DNA of 60,230 nt from Patescibacteria group bacterium. GTDB taxonomy: Bacteria; Patescibacteriota; Patescibacteriia; UBA9570; JAHJKD01. The notes under the pieces are model-generated. The model was not told the DNA's origin. It searched no databases and saw only the letters and a program-made list of their open reading frames with translations. The translations under genes and the position numbers were made by a program. Location: the NCBI GenBank assembly GCA_043798935.1, contig JAZDOC010000005.1, positions 1-60,230 on the forward strand. The letters are read 5' to 3'. Shown here piece after piece: positions 20,901 through 29,849 of this stretch (positions within the stretch are counted from its first letter, which is position 1; every line of letters begins with the position of its first letter).

Positions 20901-23525
20901 TTATTTGATTCGATAAAACTTTCCACTGCGATTTATTTTCCAAATTTTCTTGTGCTTGTTTATAGTGGTAATAAAGCGATTGGCTTTGGTTTTTATTTTT
21001 AATTTAACAGATTTTATACTGCGCGCGACACTAACTTTTTGGCGTTTAACAATAGTTACATTTTCACTCGCATCTACTCGTAAAGTTACAAGGACAGCAC
21101 GATTTCTAAATACGGCATATACAATTATTTCGGTTAGCCCATCTCCATAATAATCCGTAGATTTTACTTCTACAGAAACTGGTTTTTCATTAAATAATTT
21201 TATTTTCTGATCATTAATATAAATATAACGGTAATGCGCGGAAATGCTCAATTCAGGCTCTGGTGCTGGATCTGGTGGATAAACATCTGTAATAGCTGCG
21301 TCAGTATCATTTAAATCTGTGTTATTAATAACATAGCCACTTGGTGCACTATTTAAACAAAATTCTTCTCCATTTGCCTGACCATAAGTATCGCCATCAT
21401 TATCCTTATAATAAATATTCATATTCGCTAACTCATTATCATTATCATCGCAATCACTGTCAGTAGAAACACCATCATTATCATGATCATTATCATTAAG
21501 ATCATCGCTGTTTATAACATAGCCCAGTGGGGCTAAACTTGAGCAAATTGAAGTTAAAACATCAGAGCCTAAACCGTCATTATCTAAATCTTGATAATAA
21601 GCTTGATTAGAATGTACGCTATCGTCTGTATCATTGCAATCTGTATGATTAGATACATAGCCGGTTGGAGCATTATTAGCACAGAAACTTGTACCACTCG
21701 ACACACCATAAGAATCATTATCAGCATCACGATAATAAGTGTGATTTACTGTTAAGCCTGCATCATTATCGTTGCAATCTGTGCCGGTTGCATAACCGTC
21801 ATTATCATGATCATTGTCGTTAAAGTCATCGCTGTTGGATACATAGCCTGTTGGAGCTGATGAAGAACAAATTGAAGTAGAAACATCAGAGCCTAGACCA
21901 TCATTATCTAAATCTTGATAATAAGTTATGTTTACATGCACAGTGGCATCATTATCATTACAATCATTCTCGACCGTGTATCCGTCATGATCATTATCAA
22001 TCGGCTCTGGATCAGGCTCTGGCTCAATTAAAGTGCCGTTAGCGTAAGAAATCATGTTTAATAATAAATCATGATATGAAGAGTTTGATTCAGGATGAAC
22101 TGCTGAATAAATAATATTGTTATAAGCAAAAATTGCCGGTTTATCAATGGCTGAATAATAAGGATCGATTAAATCATTTGTGTAATTTGCGATTACATCT
22201 AAATCATCTAAGTTATAATTTTTTGGCACCGGACCACCATAATATAAACTCGCTGTACTAGCGCTAGTATGATCGCCGGCAATATAATTATCAGTAAATT
22301 GAACACCTGGTTTTTGACTGATAGTTAGCCATTCAGTATGCGTTTCAGAGTCAACCGGTACTAATTCGGCCATGGCGATATCAATATCAAATCCATAATA
22401 AGTGGTATAAATATTACCACTGATAATATCTGCGCCACCGCAAATAGCCACTACCCCACCCGTATAATTCTGTAAATTATTTATAATATCTGAATCCAAA
22501 GATACGGTTGAATAATTAATATAATCTACAAAATCAGTGCCCCCGGAAATTACCACCATATCAGCACCTTGCGGAATACCCAAGTATTTTATTTGAGCTA
22601 AATTAATTGTGTATTGGTCATACAAACCAGAATCGCTAATTACATCTTGAATATTCGATAAAAAAGAACTGCCATTATCAACAATTACAATGTCGTCTCG
22701 ACTAGTATTTTGCGTACATTGAATTGGGTAATTATTATATTTTTTAAGAGCTCCGGAATCTTCAGCAATATATATGCTCGTATCATTATCAGGACAAGCT
22801 GATTGTAAAGCTATACCTTCTTGTGCATTGCCTGGTAGTTCATATTCATTTACAATAGTACCGTCGGAATACATTTCCACTAGCGTGTTATCTGTATCAA
22901 AAACTGCATATATTAATCCGGTTTCGGCTTCATAATGCAAACCGGCTAAATCTCGGCTATATGGAGTGTTAATAACTGACGCATAAGACACTGTGGCACT
23001 AGAACTTAAATTTATATTATAAACGTAAATTTGTCCGTTATATTGTGAACCAACATAAAATTGATTTGTATCTGAATTGTAAGTTAGGGCTTCAGCACCT
23101 TCGCTACCACAACTCACAGGTAAATTACTTAAAGTCCATGTTTTACCAGTTGTTGCCCACGTCGAAATATTATATTCAATGATTCTAGCTGGGCATTCTT
23201 GTAATAAATAAATATAATTTGTGCTGGAATCTACCACAGTTATACCTTCCAAATCTCCTCCGACATATGTAGTAGCATGTAAAACATTTCCGTTTTTATC
23301 GAGTTGTGTTAAATAGCCGTTATCCCAAACCGTAAATAAAGTGCTGGTATCTTTATGCCATAAAACACCACTAGGCTCATAGCCAGAATCTAAGTGAGTA
23401 CCAATATTTGTACCGCTATCAACTGGCCAAGCAGATGGAGCTGACACGGCGCTATATGAGATAACCGGTAAAAATAAAAAAGTGATAGCGATTAAGGCTA
23501 ATAATGGTTTGATTCTTGTAATCAT
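20901..23525 (-). CDS. Large secreted multidomain protein: beta-propeller-like N-terminus, a central glutamine-amidotransferase/BPL_N-like region, four MopE-like putative metal-binding repeats, and a basic C-terminal domain
   Basis: Signal peptide. Four repeats of D.D.DGY...DCND.D..V......YY.D.D.D..G.......C....P.GYV.N..D.ND.D. Confidence 0.55.
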   Translation of the reverse strand: MITRIKPLLALIAITFLFLPVISYSAVSAPSAWPVDSGTNIGTHLDSGYEPSGVLWHKDTSTLFTVWDNGYLTQLDKNGNVLHATTYVGGDLEGITVVDSSTNYIYLLQECPARIIEYNISTWATTGKTWTLSNLPVSCGSEGAEALTYNSDTNQFYVGSQYNGQIYVYNINLSSSATVSYASVINTPYSRDLAGLHYEAETGLIYAVFDTDNTLVEMYSDGTIVNEYELPGNAQEGIALQSACPDNDTSIYIAEDSGALKKYNNYPIQCTQNTSRDDIVIVDNGSSFLSNIQDVISDSGLYDQYTINLAQIKYLGIPQGADMVVISGGTDFVDYINYSTVSLDSDIINNLQNYTGGVVAICGGADIISGNIYTTYYGFDIDIAMAELVPVDSETHTEWLTISQKPGVQFTDNYIAGDHTSASTASLYYGGPVPKNYNLDDLDVIANYTNDLIDPYYSAIDKPAIFAYNNIIYSAVHPESNSSYHDLLLNMISYANGTLIEPEPDPEPIDNDHDGYTVENDCNDNDATVHVNITYYQDLDNDGLGSDVSTSICSSSAPTGYVSNSDDFNDNDHDNDGYATGTDCNDNDAGLTVNHTYYRDADNDSYGVSSGTSFCANNAPTGYVSNHTDCNDTDDSVHSNQAYYQDLDNDGLGSDVLTSICSSLAPLGYVINSDDLNDNDHDNDGVSTDSDCDDNDNELANMNIYYKDNDGDTYGQANGEEFCLNSAPSGYVINNTDLNDTDAAITDVYPPDPAPEPELSISAHYRYIYINDQKIKLFNEKPVSVEVKSTDYYGDGLTEIIVYAVFRNRAVLVTLRVDASENVTIVKRQKVSVARSIKSVKLKIKTKANRFITTINKHKKIWKINRSGKFYRIK
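21278..22013 (-). repeat. Intragenic tandem coding repeats (4 units of about 55 aa, MopE-like)
   Basis: Near-identical DNA stretches, for example tcagagcctaaaccgtcattatctaaatcttgataataag (about 21560) versus tcagagcctagaccatcattatctaaatcttgataataag (about 21888). Confidence 0.7.
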
Positions 23526-23667
23526 AATTTCCTCCTGAGTTTATGATTTAAATAATATGTAAAAATGCTAATTTTTAATTCTTGAATAAATACGCAAACA
23601 TATAAATATTATTTTTATTATAACACATCTTTTTTAAAATGACTATAAAATTTGGGCCGGGTTAAAA

Positions 23668-24429
23668 TCACTCGCGATAAAAACTTTCCGTTTCAAAATG
23701 ACGGTGTAATATTAATAATATATATACTTGTTTTACTAATTCGGAAATTCGTTTATTATCATGTGGTTTTGGTTGTACATCTGGCGAGCGGGTGTAAATA
23801 TAATTTAACAGGATATTAAAATCCGGCTTTCTAGCATCTCTGGTTTTGGCTAATAATTCGTTTAACACTTCAAAAATTGCTTTGGGATCTCTTTCTAACA
23901 TGGCATGGATTTCTCGCGGTAAATGCATTAAACCTAAATAATCAGGATCAATATTTTTTAAACAAGCATTAATGTTGGCTTCAGCATTATCAATAACTGA
24001 TTCCCGAGTAATTTCCGGATAAAGTTCACGGCAAACATCCATAATAATATCCTCATGATCTCTCTGGCGATCTAAATGATCTTCTTCAATTTCTTTACCA
24101 TCAGCTACCTGCTGATAAATATCATGGCATTGATTTAAATATATAAGCATTAAAAGGCCCATCGGTTCGGCCATAACTTCGGGACGTTTTCTAATCTCTC
24201 TTATTTGCTTTGGATCAGCTAAATATTTAAAATAACTTAAATGTTTGGTAACCGCAGTGGAAATAGCGATATTACGAGCACCGTCAGTATTTATTATATT
24301 CTCACCGTTAATACTATCATAATTATTCAGCGCCATACTAAGGCTTTGTTGGCTAATATCCGAATAAAACTGTTTTAATTTGGTTAAAAAAGCTGGTTCA
24401 TTTATTTTTAGTTCTCTTGATTCTGGCAT
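23668..24429 (-). CDS. Hypothetical protein (no family recognised)
   Basis: 253-aa uninterrupted ORF. Soluble and acidic. Confidence 0.45.
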   Translation of the reverse strand: MPESRELKINEPAFLTKLKQFYSDISQQSLSMALNNYDSINGENIINTDGARNIAISTAVTKHLSYFKYLADPKQIREIRKRPEVMAEPMGLLMLIYLNQCHDIYQQVADGKEIEEDHLDRQRDHEDIIMDVCRELYPEITRESVIDNAEANINACLKNIDPDYLGLMHLPREIHAMLERDPKAIFEVLNELLAKTRDARKPDFNILLNYIYTRSPDVQPKPHDNKRISELVKQVYILLILHRHFETESFYRE

Positions 24430-24506
24430 ATTTTTAATATCAGAAACTTGATTAGAGCGGATTATTGTTTAATAGTAATGTATTTTTCCATATTAATAAA
24501 GACTTT

Positions 24507-25025
24507 TTATTTAACTAATTTTAATAATAAACTGCCGGCAGGATTTAATTTCTTTACCTGAAAAATTTTAAATTTAGCTGGATTAATTAATTTTAGATCA
24601 ATCAAACTTAAACCCTGACCAAAAATAACCGGTTCAATCGTTAAATACATCTCATCAATAAAATTATTTTCTAGAGCCCAATTATAAACTTGTGTACCGC
24701 CTAATATACAAATTATCGAGTATTGTTTTTGCTTGATATATTTTTGAACATTAAGTTTTTGCGGATTTATATAGGCACAATTATTATTGCTAACTTTAAT
24801 GTCTTTAATTTTTTTAGTTAAAACAATGCAGTTTCTTTTAGCTAAAGCTTTCTGAGAAATTTTATAAGTATTATTTCCGATTATACAAACATCGCACTTA
24901 TCTAAAACATTTTTTAAATGCTTTTTATCTTCCAGGCTTGTCCAATTAGATGCCTGTTTTTTGCTCTGGGCGATTTTTCCGTCTAAGCTTATCGCAGCTA
25001 ATAAAATGTATTTTATTTTTTTCAT
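24507..25025 (-). CDS. RibD C-terminal domain/dihydrofolate reductase-family protein
   Basis: LAAISLDGKIA ... IGNNTY ... ILGGTQVYNWALENNFIDEMYLTIEPVIFG pattern. Confidence 0.65.
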   Translation of the reverse strand: MKKIKYILLAAISLDGKIAQSKKQASNWTSLEDKKHLKNVLDKCDVCIIGNNTYKISQKALAKRNCIVLTKKIKDIKVSNNNCAYINPQKLNVQKYIKQKQYSIICILGGTQVYNWALENNFIDEMYLTIEPVIFGQGLSLIDLKLINPAKFKIFQVKKLNPAGSLLLKLVK

Positions 25026-25207
25026 TATTCTCTTTTAAATGGCCGGGGTTAAATCTTTGTTTTTGGTAAAATTTTCATGATTTTCATATCTATTGCAATA
25101 CTTCTTCTGAATAATTTATTTTATAGTATTGTTATTATCAATGTAAAAGTATCAAAATTATCACGTTTTGTCCATTTTTATTATTAGCTGTTGTATCAAC
25201 CAAATTT

Positions 25208-25465
25208 TTAATTTTGAATAAGTTCTTTCTTATAATTTCGCGAAAGTTTTTTAATGGCGACTTCCCGTTTTAAAGCAGTGCTTTTATCTGCATACAATTT
25301 AGAATATACAATTTTCTTTGCTTTGTGTGCACGAGTATAACGACTGGCAGTTCCGGCCATGTGCTGAACTAGGCGTTTATTAACATCTATAGCAATGCCG
25401 GTGTAAAGCGAACCATCAACACATTCAAGCATATAAACATAATATGGTTGCTTATTTATTTTCAT
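25208..25465 (-). CDS. GIY-YIG nuclease family protein (UPF0213-like, 85 aa)
   Basis: YYVYMLECVDGSLYTGIAIDVNKRLVQH ... ALKREVAIKKLSR. Confidence 0.85.
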   Translation of the reverse strand: MKINKQPYYVYMLECVDGSLYTGIAIDVNKRLVQHMAGTASRYTRAHKAKKIVYSKLYADKSTALKREVAIKKLSRNYKKELIQN

Positions 25466-25470
25466 TTTTT

Positions 25471-26934
25471 CTAAACCAAATTAAAGTATTTGTTTAGATC
25501 AATGGTGTGATCGATTTCTAATTGATTAACAAATTCCTGATCATGACTCACCACTACAATAGCGCCTTCATAATTATTTAGCGCCTTAGCGATCACTGGT
25601 AAGTGGCGAAAATTAATGTGATTTGTTGGTTCATCTAAAATGAGTAAAGCCGGTTCTTGTAAAACAAATTGAGCGTAAGACAATAAACCCTTTTGCCCTT
25701 CGGATAATGATCCGATCGGATTATGCATAAAATTACTTGTAATGAAAAAATGAGCTGCGGTGGCATAGATTTTTTCTAAATCTGCATCAAATTTAGATTC
25801 TTCTAAAATTTGCATGGGAGTTTTTTCATAATCTAACCCGGAAAAATCTTGCCGATAATAACCAACCCGAACATCTTTTTTGATTGTTAAACCCTCGTGA
25901 GTATTTGAAGCCAAAGCTTCCAACATAGTAGTTTTACCAATTCCGTTTGGTCCGGTAATTAATACTATTTCTTTTTTACGAATTTCTATGTTCACTTCCT
26001 TGCTAATTGAATCGCCGTTTTGAATAATGCTTAATTTTTTTAAATGAGCAACTAGCCCGCTGAATTCTTGAACCGGAATTGTAAACGGCATGATGGTTCT
26101 ATCTTCTTTACGCACTTCAACCATTTCTTGTTCATCTTCCGCAATTTCTTCTTTTAATTTACTGGCCAGCTTTCTCATTTTTCCGCCTTTAAAAGAAAAT
26201 TGATTTACCTTGGCTTTGCGATCAATAATATTTTTTTTAAGCTGAGCGTTTTTGTGTTGTTCACGTAAAATTTGTGCTTTAATTTCTTCAACTACATTAT
26301 AATAACCTCCTACATATTGTTGAACTTTTTTAGTGAAAATATCAAGATGCAATACACCTTCGGTAAATACATTTAAAAAATCTGCATCATGAGAAATAAC
26401 GATGACGGTTTTTTCATAACCAAGTAAATACGCAATTAAATGATCAATACCTTCTGCGTCTAGATTATTTGTCGGTTCGTCGAGCAATAATATATCTAGC
26501 TCATGAATAATGGCATGAGCTAATAATAGCCGTGCTTGTTGGCCGCCAGATAAATCGCCGACTGTCCAGTGGGTAGGCACAGATAAATTTACAACTTCAA
26601 GTACTCGTTTTATATCTCTATCAATGTCAAACTTTTCTTCTTTAAAAGCGGTTTTAAAAAAATCCTTTACGGTTAATGTAGTATATTTTCTGGGCATTAC
26701 TTGCATAGCAATTCCGATAGAAGCACCAGGTCGAATATGAACTCCGCCTTTATTGGGTTTAAGCTCGCCAGTGATCATTTTAAAAATGGTAGATTTGCCG
26801 GCACCATTTTGACCCATAATAGTGATTTTAGAATTTTCTCTAACCGAAAAGTTCGCATCTTTTAAAATTGGTTTCTTAGCACTATATTCAAATGTTACCT
26901 CGCTGAATCTTATAATAACGTCTTTATGTTCCAT
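25471..26934 (-). CDS. ABC-F type ATPase (two ABC domains, no TM domain)
   Basis: Two sets of Walker A (GQNGAGKS, GPNGIGKT), signature (LSGGQ, LSEGQ) and Walker B (LLLDEPTN, LILDEPTN). Confidence 0.85.
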   Translation of the reverse strand: MEHKDVIIRFSEVTFEYSAKKPILKDANFSVRENSKITIMGQNGAGKSTIFKMITGELKPNKGGVHIRPGASIGIAMQVMPRKYTTLTVKDFFKTAFKEEKFDIDRDIKRVLEVVNLSVPTHWTVGDLSGGQQARLLLAHAIIHELDILLLDEPTNNLDAEGIDHLIAYLLGYEKTVIVISHDADFLNVFTEGVLHLDIFTKKVQQYVGGYYNVVEEIKAQILREQHKNAQLKKNIIDRKAKVNQFSFKGGKMRKLASKLKEEIAEDEQEMVEVRKEDRTIMPFTIPVQEFSGLVAHLKKLSIIQNGDSISKEVNIEIRKKEIVLITGPNGIGKTTMLEALASNTHEGLTIKKDVRVGYYRQDFSGLDYEKTPMQILEESKFDADLEKIYATAAHFFITSNFMHNPIGSLSEGQKGLLSYAQFVLQEPALLILDEPTNHINFRHLPVIAKALNNYEGAIVVVSHDQEFVNQLEIDHTIDLNKYFNLV

Positions 26935-26992
26935 GGATTATATACTAATTAATTGAAATTAAAGAGCCTGGCGCATACCAGGCAACTTAAGC

Positions 26993-27021
26993 AGTATAAG
27001 TCAATATATTGCTATGGTCAA
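26993..27021 (-). promoter_or_regulatory. Candidate sigma70 promoter TTGACC-17-TATACT for the ABC-F gene
   Basis: Minus strand: TTGACC (27021-27016), a 17-nt spacer, then TATACT (26998-26993). Confidence 0.45.
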
Positions 27022-27322
27022 GTATAATCTACACCCACACCCACCCACCCGCCTGCCACGCATGGCATTGCGGACAGGTAAAGGGCGGGGCTTAACTTTA
27101 AATTATTAATGATATTTATTCAAAAATTAGCCCCTGGCTTTATGCCAGTGGGCTAATTCTAATTAACACCACTGTTTGTTTAAAATGAATATTTTAATAT
27201 TTCTGATTGCTCTAAATCACTTTTTTATTTTATACTGTTGGCTAATTTAATAATATAGTGTATTCTTATATCACTTGTTCCCACATTAAACTTGGAGCAA
27301 AAAATCATTAATAATAATTTAT

Positions 27323-27445
27323 ATGGCAAAACGACGCGGTTCTTTAACTGTTCATACCAAAAGCAAACGTTCACCAAAAACAAAAAAACGTTTAGCGGTG
27401 AAAGCCGACATGATAATAGCTAGAAAAGCTAAAAAAGGAAGATAA
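27323..27445 (+). CDS. Small, highly basic 40-aa ORF (MAKRRGSLTVHTKSKRSPKTKKRLAVKADMIIARKAKKGR)
   Basis: Found by manual translation; it is not in the ORF track (<60 aa). A long hairpin terminator follows directly. No family recognised. Confidence 0.3.
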   Translation: MAKRRGSLTVHTKSKRSPKTKKRLAVKADMIIARKAKKGR

Positions 27446-27451
27446 AAATAT

Positions 27452-27504
27452 AACAGCCCTTCGACAAGCTCAGGATTATAACCTCACGTCAGGGCTGTTT
27501 TTTT
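27452..27504. terminator. Long imperfect hairpin with U/A runs on both sides; a convergent (bidirectional) terminator
   Basis: AACAGCCCT...(30 nt with internal GAC/GTC and AGG/CCT pairs)...AGGGCTGTT followed by T7. Abuts the stop codon of the DUF2779 gene. Confidence 0.55.
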
Positions 27505-29041
27505 AGTAAAGAGTTTTTAAAAACTCATATATTTTTACCATGGCCCAAGTATCTAATCTACAATATTCAAGTAAGTCCATCTTAATTTGCTCTTTCTCGG
27601 TATCGGAAACATCCTCTGAAATCATTTTTTCCCAGCGCTCGCTAGCCTGATCCCCTTTGCAAATATTTAAATTTTTATAGGTTAACTCGGGTACAATCAC
27701 GGGCAAAACTTTTTTAATACTAGCACTTCCTTTAAATGCCGCGTCAACATAATAATTATTTGAAAATATGGTCATTAAATCAAACATATTATTATTTATG
27801 TTTTGCAAAAACTGAGCGTATTCGGGATGAATGTCGGCCAATTTTTCATTGCGCTGTTTTTCATAAGAGCTATACCAGGCAATAACAGTCCCCTCTGATC
27901 CCAAATCCTTTTTCATTCTCTCAACTAAAGGCAACGTTAAATCTCCTTGAGGATCAGTAATTAAAAACTCTTTATGCTGAGTAGTCCCATCTGCTTGCAT
28001 GGTATGCAGAGAATACTGAAAAGGAGTTTGCTCATAAGCGCTAAAATTATCGAACCTGGGAATTGCGCTCACATAGCCTTCGTAGTCAAAAAAATGTAGC
28101 GGAAAAACAAGTTGGTCTAATGTTTTCTGTATGGCCATAGTATTAATGATGGGTCGCCCTAGCATGTATGCATCATATTGAGCCTTTTTAGCACCGGTCA
28201 AGGCTTCCGGGTTATCGATATCCTCCAGCGCATAAATCCCGCGGTCCATCCAATCATAAAGCAATTTCTTGCTAGCGCCAATTCTATTTATATTATGAAC
28301 AGAATATTCGGGCACATTTGGGTTAGAATATGCAAAGGTAGTACATTGAGCATTGTTCCCTCGGTATAAACACTCACAACCTTTTTCCTCAGGCATATTC
28401 AAATATTGTTTCATTCCAGACATCTGCAGTTTTACTTTTGGCTGAGCCTCTACAACCTCGTCCGTTAAATCCACGATTACAAACAATTCCTGATAATTAA
28501 TTTTCCCAACTTTTTTATACTCTCTGTTTAAATGGATCACTCCGGTCTTAATAATATTTATTCCGCTTTTAATCTTTGCTCCACTTTTAATATTTATTTC
28601 ATTTTTTTCAACAATACATTTCTCAATAACGCTTTTTTGAAAAGCTAAATCATTTATATAATGATGTGGCTCTTTTCTTTTCACATCGTTAGAGGCTTTT
28701 ACTTCATAAAGCTCGTAGCCATCTTGTTCCTGATTATAAATTAAAATATCCGCGCGAATAAAAAAAACGTCTTCTTTAAAAGTCGCCTGAAATATGGTCT
28801 GCTCTTTATTCTCGATATACTTTTTAGTATCATCAAGCGCGCGTTGTCCGTGGCAATCTACCAAAATTCCGCCCGGAAATAAATTCCGCGCCTCTTCATC
28901 CGCCACGTTCCCCTCTTCTATTATCTTTTTTTCAAAATCAGATAATTCGACTCCGTCAAAAAGTTCTGGCTTGTGCTTTTTAAGCCAAAGATTCTTTTTG
29001 CAGAATGTGTATTCGAGATAGTCGGTTTTAGTTATTTGCAT
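27503..29041 (-). CDS. DUF2779-like protein (PD-(D/E)xK/Cas4-like nuclease N-domain plus RNase H-like C-domain)
   Basis: ITKTDYLEYTFCKKNLWL start, YELYEVKAS motif, Cys cluster CECLYRGNNAQCTTF, and a C-terminal DYE...Y..E exonuclease-like part. The start is moved to the internal Met at 29041. Confidence 0.6.
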   Translation of the reverse strand: MQITKTDYLEYTFCKKNLWLKKHKPELFDGVELSDFEKKIIEEGNVADEEARNLFPGGILVDCHGQRALDDTKKYIENKEQTIFQATFKEDVFFIRADILIYNQEQDGYELYEVKASNDVKRKEPHHYINDLAFQKSVIEKCIVEKNEINIKSGAKIKSGINIIKTGVIHLNREYKKVGKINYQELFVIVDLTDEVVEAQPKVKLQMSGMKQYLNMPEEKGCECLYRGNNAQCTTFAYSNPNVPEYSVHNINRIGASKKLLYDWMDRGIYALEDIDNPEALTGAKKAQYDAYMLGRPIINTMAIQKTLDQLVFPLHFFDYEGYVSAIPRFDNFSAYEQTPFQYSLHTMQADGTTQHKEFLITDPQGDLTLPLVERMKKDLGSEGTVIAWYSSYEKQRNEKLADIHPEYAQFLQNINNNMFDLMTIFSNNYYVDAAFKGSASIKKVLPVIVPELTYKNLNICKGDQASERWEKMISEDVSDTEKEQIKMDLLEYCRLDTWAMVKIYEFLKTLY

Positions 29042-29168
29042 TAAGTTTCGTAATATCTTTAATTTTTTACTTTCTGAAAAGTTGCCATTGCTAGCGTGGC
29101 ATAAATAAATGGCCGACCGATATGCTGGTGCCAAGTTCGCTCTCTTTTGACTTGTCCGTTTTCAGGTC

Positions 29169-29834
29169 TCATTTCCGGCATATTTGAATTATATATTTAT
29201 CAAATTGAACAAGATAATCTTTAATTACAATATCAATTTTCTTAATTATATATTTCTTTAGTAAATTTGAACTTAAAACAAGCTGGCTGAGTTTCAAATA
29301 ACACCTTACTTTCCGATTACTACTTAGATTATTATTGTTAAATACTTCTTGCGTGACAGTATTTATAGAAAGCGTGAAAATAATTTTTGAAGTACTGGAA
29401 TAAAACCTATTAAAACTTTCCTTGCTTATTTCTAGATTATTAAATTCTTCGTAATAATTATTAGATATTTCTAATTTTTTCTCTTGTTTTAATTTTTCTA
29501 AAAAATACAGATCCAAAAAAATATTTACGATATTAGGTTTAATAATATTTTTTATTATGCAAGGAAAACAATTTCTAACTTTAGAATATAATTCAAACTC
29601 TTGAATAAATTTATCTGATAATAAATGAACTGCATATCCGTTTAATAAATCTTTATTTATATTGTGTAATTTATTATTCAGCTCATGAACAGTAAAATGC
29701 GTTTTGCTTCTTGGAACATCGACAAAATATCTGATATCGGGCAATATTGAAGCTAAATAATATTCCTTTTCATCAGAAATCTGAAAATTATTCTTTACTT
29801 CTTTGGCCAAATATAGATGTGCTAGTAATAACAT
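29169..29834 (-). CDS. Hypothetical protein, possibly zinc-dependent phospholipase C-like fold
   Basis: H-x-x-LA ... ILPDIRY ... THF ... GYAVHLLSDKF spacing resembles the Zn_dep_PLPC signature. Weak. Confidence 0.35.
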   Translation of the reverse strand: MLLLAHLYLAKEVKNNFQISDEKEYYLASILPDIRYFVDVPRSKTHFTVHELNNKLHNINKDLLNGYAVHLLSDKFIQEFELYSKVRNCFPCIIKNIIKPNIVNIFLDLYFLEKLKQEKKLEISNNYYEEFNNLEISKESFNRFYSSTSKIIFTLSINTVTQEVFNNNNLSSNRKVRCYLKLSQLVLSSNLLKKYIIKKIDIVIKDYLVQFDKYIIQICRK

Positions 29835-29849
29835 AGATTATAATTTATC

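Noticed and set aside
21278-22013. Regularly spaced DNA repeats that might be mistaken for a CRISPR-like array.
   Set aside because: The repeats are in-frame protein repeats inside a continuous 874-codon ORF. The units are about 160 bp without unique spacers, and no cas genes are present.
26935-27322. Search for a known structured RNA (tmRNA, SRP RNA, RNase P RNA, 6S, riboswitch) in the GC-rich 27.0-27.2 kb gap and in other gaps.
   Set aside because: I could not find any diagnostic conserved motif: no SRP GGAA/GNAR domain-IV pattern, no tRNA-like tmRNA ends, no RNase P CR-I/CR-V. The GC-rich parts are explained by short hairpin repeats.
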